A DNA stretch of 63,614 nucleotides, counting the filler, from Octopus bimaculoides (taxonomy: Eukaryota), in assembly GCF_001194135.2 (NCBI RefSeq). It is 4 parts of 3 records of this genome, joined end to end, with 100 filler letters (N's around TTAATTAATTAA, not from the genome) between each part and the next. Parts side by side here need not be neighbours in the genome. Positions count along the whole stretch, not along the records: positions 59,073 to 63,614 come from NC_068985.1; 3 more parts are not named here. One strand, written 5' to 3'. The notes beneath the pieces were generated by a model. The model saw nothing but the letters and a program-made list of their open reading frames with translations. It searched no databases and was not told the DNA's origin. This document shows, in pieces, positions 59,281 through 63,614 of the stretch; within the stretch, counting starts at the first letter, position 1, and every line of letters begins with the position of its first letter. A program made the translations under genes and the position numbers.

Positions 59281-59661
59281 TACAAACAATACACAATGCT
59301 TCAAACACTTAAAAGAATATACTCGAGGCTAGTCGCACCTCTTTTTACCAGAAATTTCAATAAAAATGAGTCCCTGAAGCTTGGCAATATTTAGTCGCTG
59401 AGTTACCGGTGCTTTGTCAGTACTGTGCTTAAAGAGTAGGTGTGAGGTTTTGTACTAAGTTCACATATTTCATTCATCTTCATAGTTCCAAGTAACTGTA
59501 TAAACATCACAAACAACTTTTGCTCTATATGAAAAATATGTAAAATATTAAGACAATTTACGAAAAGTAACTATAATAAAATTCTAATTGATTGATATAA
59601 ATTGTTTTATTCAAGAATCAACACAAGCGTGAGTGTGAAGTGAAACACAACACAACGTGCG

Positions 59662-59675
59662 GTTGTCATGGTAAC
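59662..59675. promoter_or_regulatory. RFX X-box-like motif GTTGTCATGGTAAC with a CCAAT box (ATTGG 59703-59707) nearby
   Basis: close match to GTTGCCATGGCAAC in non-repetitive sequence. Confidence 0.5.
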
Positions 59676-60419
59676 AAGCTGTTAACGTCTCACTGTCTAT
59701 TGATTGGGTAAAATTACCCAAATTTCACAAATTTAATTCAGTTTTTTAATTTACGAGATAAAGTAATTGGTTGATCGTAATCAAAATTCAAAGTTGCATC
59801 GATACACCAAAATTGAAAGCAATCTGAGGAAAATTAAAGGGGGCTGATATTGTGAATCAGTTTAACAAGATCCCTCAGATAACTCGTATCGCACTACACA
59901 TTCTCGCACATACAGTTTGGTTAGAAAATGATTTGGCTGCTCTTTCTAACACTTAGTGGTTCGTTAGAGCTTCTTTTGGTTTGTATTTTCAGGTGTTATA
60001 TACGATGGATTTATGCCCAGAAAAAAAATCATATGAAAACATAATACTTGTATATAACAACGACATATTTCAATGAAATAGTTACTTTTTAAGACTTGCC
60101 TGTAGAGATTTCCATTGATATGTGAGAAGGATCGATATAGGATTGTTAGCTTTAGAGGGGTGAGGAAAGGGATAAAGTGTGGCGAATGTTAGGAAAGAAT
60201 GAAACGTTGCCAATACAGAATTTAAGTAGATTGATAGACATAGAACCTGGCATATATATATTTATCGGCAGAGGAAGTTTGTTTGTTACATAATATACCT
60301 ACCTACATACATATATACATACATGCATGCATACATACATAACTTTATAATAATATGTGTGTGTGTGTGTGTGTGAGTGTGTATCTTGTGTGTGTGCATG
60401 TAATTCTTCTATAGGTATT

Positions 60420-60491
<72 letters not shown>

Positions 60492-60675
60492 CATATATAG
60501 GTATATATGCATATATATCTACATGTGTGTGTTATTATCTCTCTCTCTTCCTCTCTCTATTTAACATTATATATGTTTTTGTACGTATATGTCTGTTTCT
60601 AGGTACCTATGCGTGTATATATACATGCATGCATGTACACATGTATGTATGCATATGTATTTGAGTGTATTTTTT

Positions 60676-60715
<40 letters not shown>

Positions 60716-61164
60716 ATGTGCATGTATTTATGTATGTTCTTATACACCCATCACATATAATATCATCACAAATTAAACACAATCGGTGTGTCTATAGCCA
60801 GCATTTATTCGTCTCAGCTTACACCGTCTCAGAGTTGATTCTCTGGCTTCCTTGCAGTACTTCTTCCGTCTGGCTCCCTTGCAATGCTTCTTCCGTTAGT
60901 TTGTGTTCTGAGTTCAAATCCGACCAAACCCTTCTTCCGTAGTGGAATTACACTGCATCTCTCTGTAACACCATTACTTCGTCCTTGGACTCCTTTCACG
61001 CAGCCCAGTCTCTTGTAAGCAATGCGGCGATGTCGGTGGTTTTAGACATTTCAGCATTCAGTGGCGTTTGACTCTACGTGCGTTGCTTTTCTCTATCAGC
61101 TTTCTCCGGTTTTTGCTCTTTGTTTCAGAAAACAATGTTTCCTCTATCTTTCTCTGTCTGAGTT

Positions 61165-61268
<104 letters not shown>

Positions 61269-62029
61269 TTTTGTTTTGTTTTGTTTTCTGAGCTGGAAGA
61301 AGCAATGTCGCGTGACCGATGGTTGCAACAATTTTCTGTAGTGTTTCAATGACTTTCAAAGTGTATGATTGCAGCCGTTTCTTTCATAATTAAGAGACTT
61401 GTTTATGGCTGGAAACACAGGTTTAAAAAAATGGCTATTGAATCTTAACCATTAAGGGTCTTGGCTACAAGACTGGAGCAATGCCTGAATTCACTTATTC
61501 ACAGTAGCCACTTTCTACGGTCAATTTAATCGAGTAGAAACATTCTATTATCACTTCCGAGCTGTTACCCCAGTTTAAAAGCTTTTTAAAATTGATATCA
61601 TTACATTTAACTAAGCGAAAATATTGNNNNNNNNNNNNNNNNNNNNNNNNNNNNNNNNNNNNNNNNNNNNNNNNNNNNNNNNNNNNNNNNNNNNNNNNNN
61701 NNNNNNNNNNNNNNNNNNNNNNNNNNNNNNNNNNNNNNNNNNNNNNNNNNNNNNNNNNNNNNNNNNNNNNNNNNNNNNNNNNNNNNNNNNNNNNNNNNNN
61801 NNNNNNNNNNNNNNNNNNNNNNNNNNNNNNNNNNNNNNNNNNNNNNNNNNNNNNNNNNNNNNNNNNNNNNNNNNNNNNNNNNNNNNNNNNNNNNNNNNNN
61901 NNNNNNNNNNNNNNNNNNNNNNNNNNNNNNNNNNNNNNNNNNNNNNNNNNNNNNNNNNNNNNNNNNNNNNNNNNNNNNNNNNNNNNNNNNNNNNNNNNNN
62001 NNNNNNNNNTATATATATATATATGTATG

Positions 62030-62460
62030 AGGAATACAAAAAATGGGACAAGAACGCAAAACATCTAGACAGTTAGATGATACAAAAAAAGGGACAAAAC
62101 ATCCTGACAGAAGATACAAAAGAGGAACAAGAAAAAAACAAGGACGGAAAAACCGGAGAAATGGTACACAAATACAAATCACAGGACCATTTCTCCGTCT
62201 TTTTTTGCTGCTTTCTTACAAGGACTCTAGTGCTCTTAGGTTAGTTTTTCCTTGGGGCTGGCCAGATTGGAGCAATCTCAAGTATAACCAGCCTAAATTG
62301 CAAAGACAATCTGGAACTCGACTGAGGAAGGAAAACTCCGAATGACCAGTCCTTGTTTTCTCTCGACCTTTTTTTGTATCATCTATCTGGATGTTTTGCG
62401 TTCCCATCTTTTGTATTCCTTTTTATATACATATGGCGGCGTACGTACACTGTGGTCTCT
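62030..62460. mobile_element. PLE-like repeat with inverted arms (62030-62092 / 62367-62420) around a degenerate HHR
   Basis: arms match with small indels; third arm copy at 62755-62800. Confidence 0.6.
62319..62355 (+). ncRNA. hammerhead-like motif, non-canonical (GAAU)
   Basis: CGA-CUGAGGA-A-GGA/UCC-GAAU-GACCAGUC-C-UUG. Confidence 0.35.
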
Positions 62461-62517
62461 TATACGTTAGTACATATATATATATATAAATTTTGTACGA
62501 CTCTCCTATTCTTTATT

Positions 62518-62556
<39 letters not shown>

Positions 62557-63389
62557 ATCAGCCCTTCACACTTGCTTCGTTCTTTCCACTCTTCTTTATT
62601 TCGTTCCCCCCTCTCTCACAATTCATGGCTTTCTTTTCATTCTCACCTCCCTCCTCTTTCACTTCACTCTGTCTCTTTTCTTTTTTCTCGGCCCTCCCTA
62701 TTCTTCTATCCCTCTGCCTCTACTTCTCTCCTCTCTCCTCTTTGTTCCACACTTTTTCGTATCATCTGTCTGGATGTTTTGCGTTCTTGTCTCATTTTTT
62801 TGCACCAGCATGACCGCAGCCACTTGGCTGAAACACATAAATAAAAATACATATGGCGGCGTACGTACAGTTTGGTCTCATATTTATATATGTGAGTCTG
62901 TGTATGTATGTATGTACGTATGTATTTATGTACGTATACACTCACACAACAGACACACACACAAACATATATATTAATAATTAATAGCAACAGAAAAACA
63001 TTAATACAAAATAATACTCTTAATCAACTTAATGTGTTGGTTGTATCAATATTAGTTCTTTTATAAACATTTCCCACTGGCTATTGGCGACACCATTGCT
63101 TTGTTAGACAATGAGATTCTATTTACTGTTGGCGGGAGATTAGGCTCTTATCACGCCGCTCGATATCTGTCACTAAGGACACCATTGAAGATGGAATAAC
63201 GTGATTTAGAAGATTCGGTGACATAACAGATGATTCTTTTCTGTCAACGATGTAATTTCTAGTGCTTTTATGGACCAAGTCCGTATGAGAGAATCTCTCA
63301 CAGTAAATAATGTAGCATTTTGTGTTCTAAGGTAGCCCCCACGTTAAGACGGAGATCAAGATTACAGTATATATATATACGTACATGTA

Positions 63390-63570
63390 TGTACATACTT
63401 ACATCGACCTATATATATAGATGCATATCTGGGTACAGGACATTGCAAACAAAACGTAGAAAAAGTACAGAAAACACACAGGCCACATAGAGAACATTTC
63501 CTTCATCAGCTGCCACCATTCTGGCGTTTCGAAGAGTCAGGGCAGGACGCATCGTTAAAATGGACCACAC
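63390..63570. mobile_element. unclassified repeat; a fragment also lies inside the SINE-A microsatellite at 9385-9425
   Basis: atatatagatgcatatctgggtacaggaca shared between the two sites. Confidence 0.5.
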
Positions 63571-63614
63571 ACATATACTGTAAGCTATATATATATATAT
63601 ATATATATATATAT

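Noticed and set aside
63070-63330. Non-repetitive stretch with 40-64 open codons on both strands
   Set aside because: No recognisable motif and no consistent pair of splice sites.
63495-63535. Possible permuted hammerhead on the minus strand (GAAAC...CUGAUGAAGG)
   Set aside because: No NUH triplet (GGC) and no room for stem I; stem II pairs at only 3 bp.

Overview
AT-rich, gap-ridden (about 8-9 kb of N) eukaryotic genomic DNA, almost entirely non-coding. The SINE families, microsatellite load and assembly style suggest an octopus genome (O. bimaculoides-like); that is my inference and was not checked against a database. No complete protein-coding gene, rRNA, genuine tRNA gene or CRISPR array is supported, and nearly all ORFs in the supplied track are microsatellite or N-gap artefacts. 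The window holds more than 40 copies of at least five tRNA-derived SINE families (working labels SINE-A to SINE-G, mine), decayed R4/Dong-, RTE- and CR1-type LINEs, Penelope-like (PLE) RT fragments, mariner and DD37D/maT transposase relics, and piggyBac-, hAT-, Tigger- and Helentron-type MITEs. A few candidate exons of unidentified host genes occur on both strands, with an RFX X-box/CCAAT promoter-like site near 59.7 kb. The main signal is seven or eight minimal type-I hammerhead ribozyme (HHR) motifs from five or six distinct repeat families, most with a palindromic stem III. They include a tRNA-headed SINE with an HHR-bearing tail, a family with a recurring non-canonical CUGU(U/G)GA core, and HHRs enclosed by inverted repeat arms. 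All alignments and folds were done by eye; element boundaries are approximate unless a TSD or TIR is quoted.
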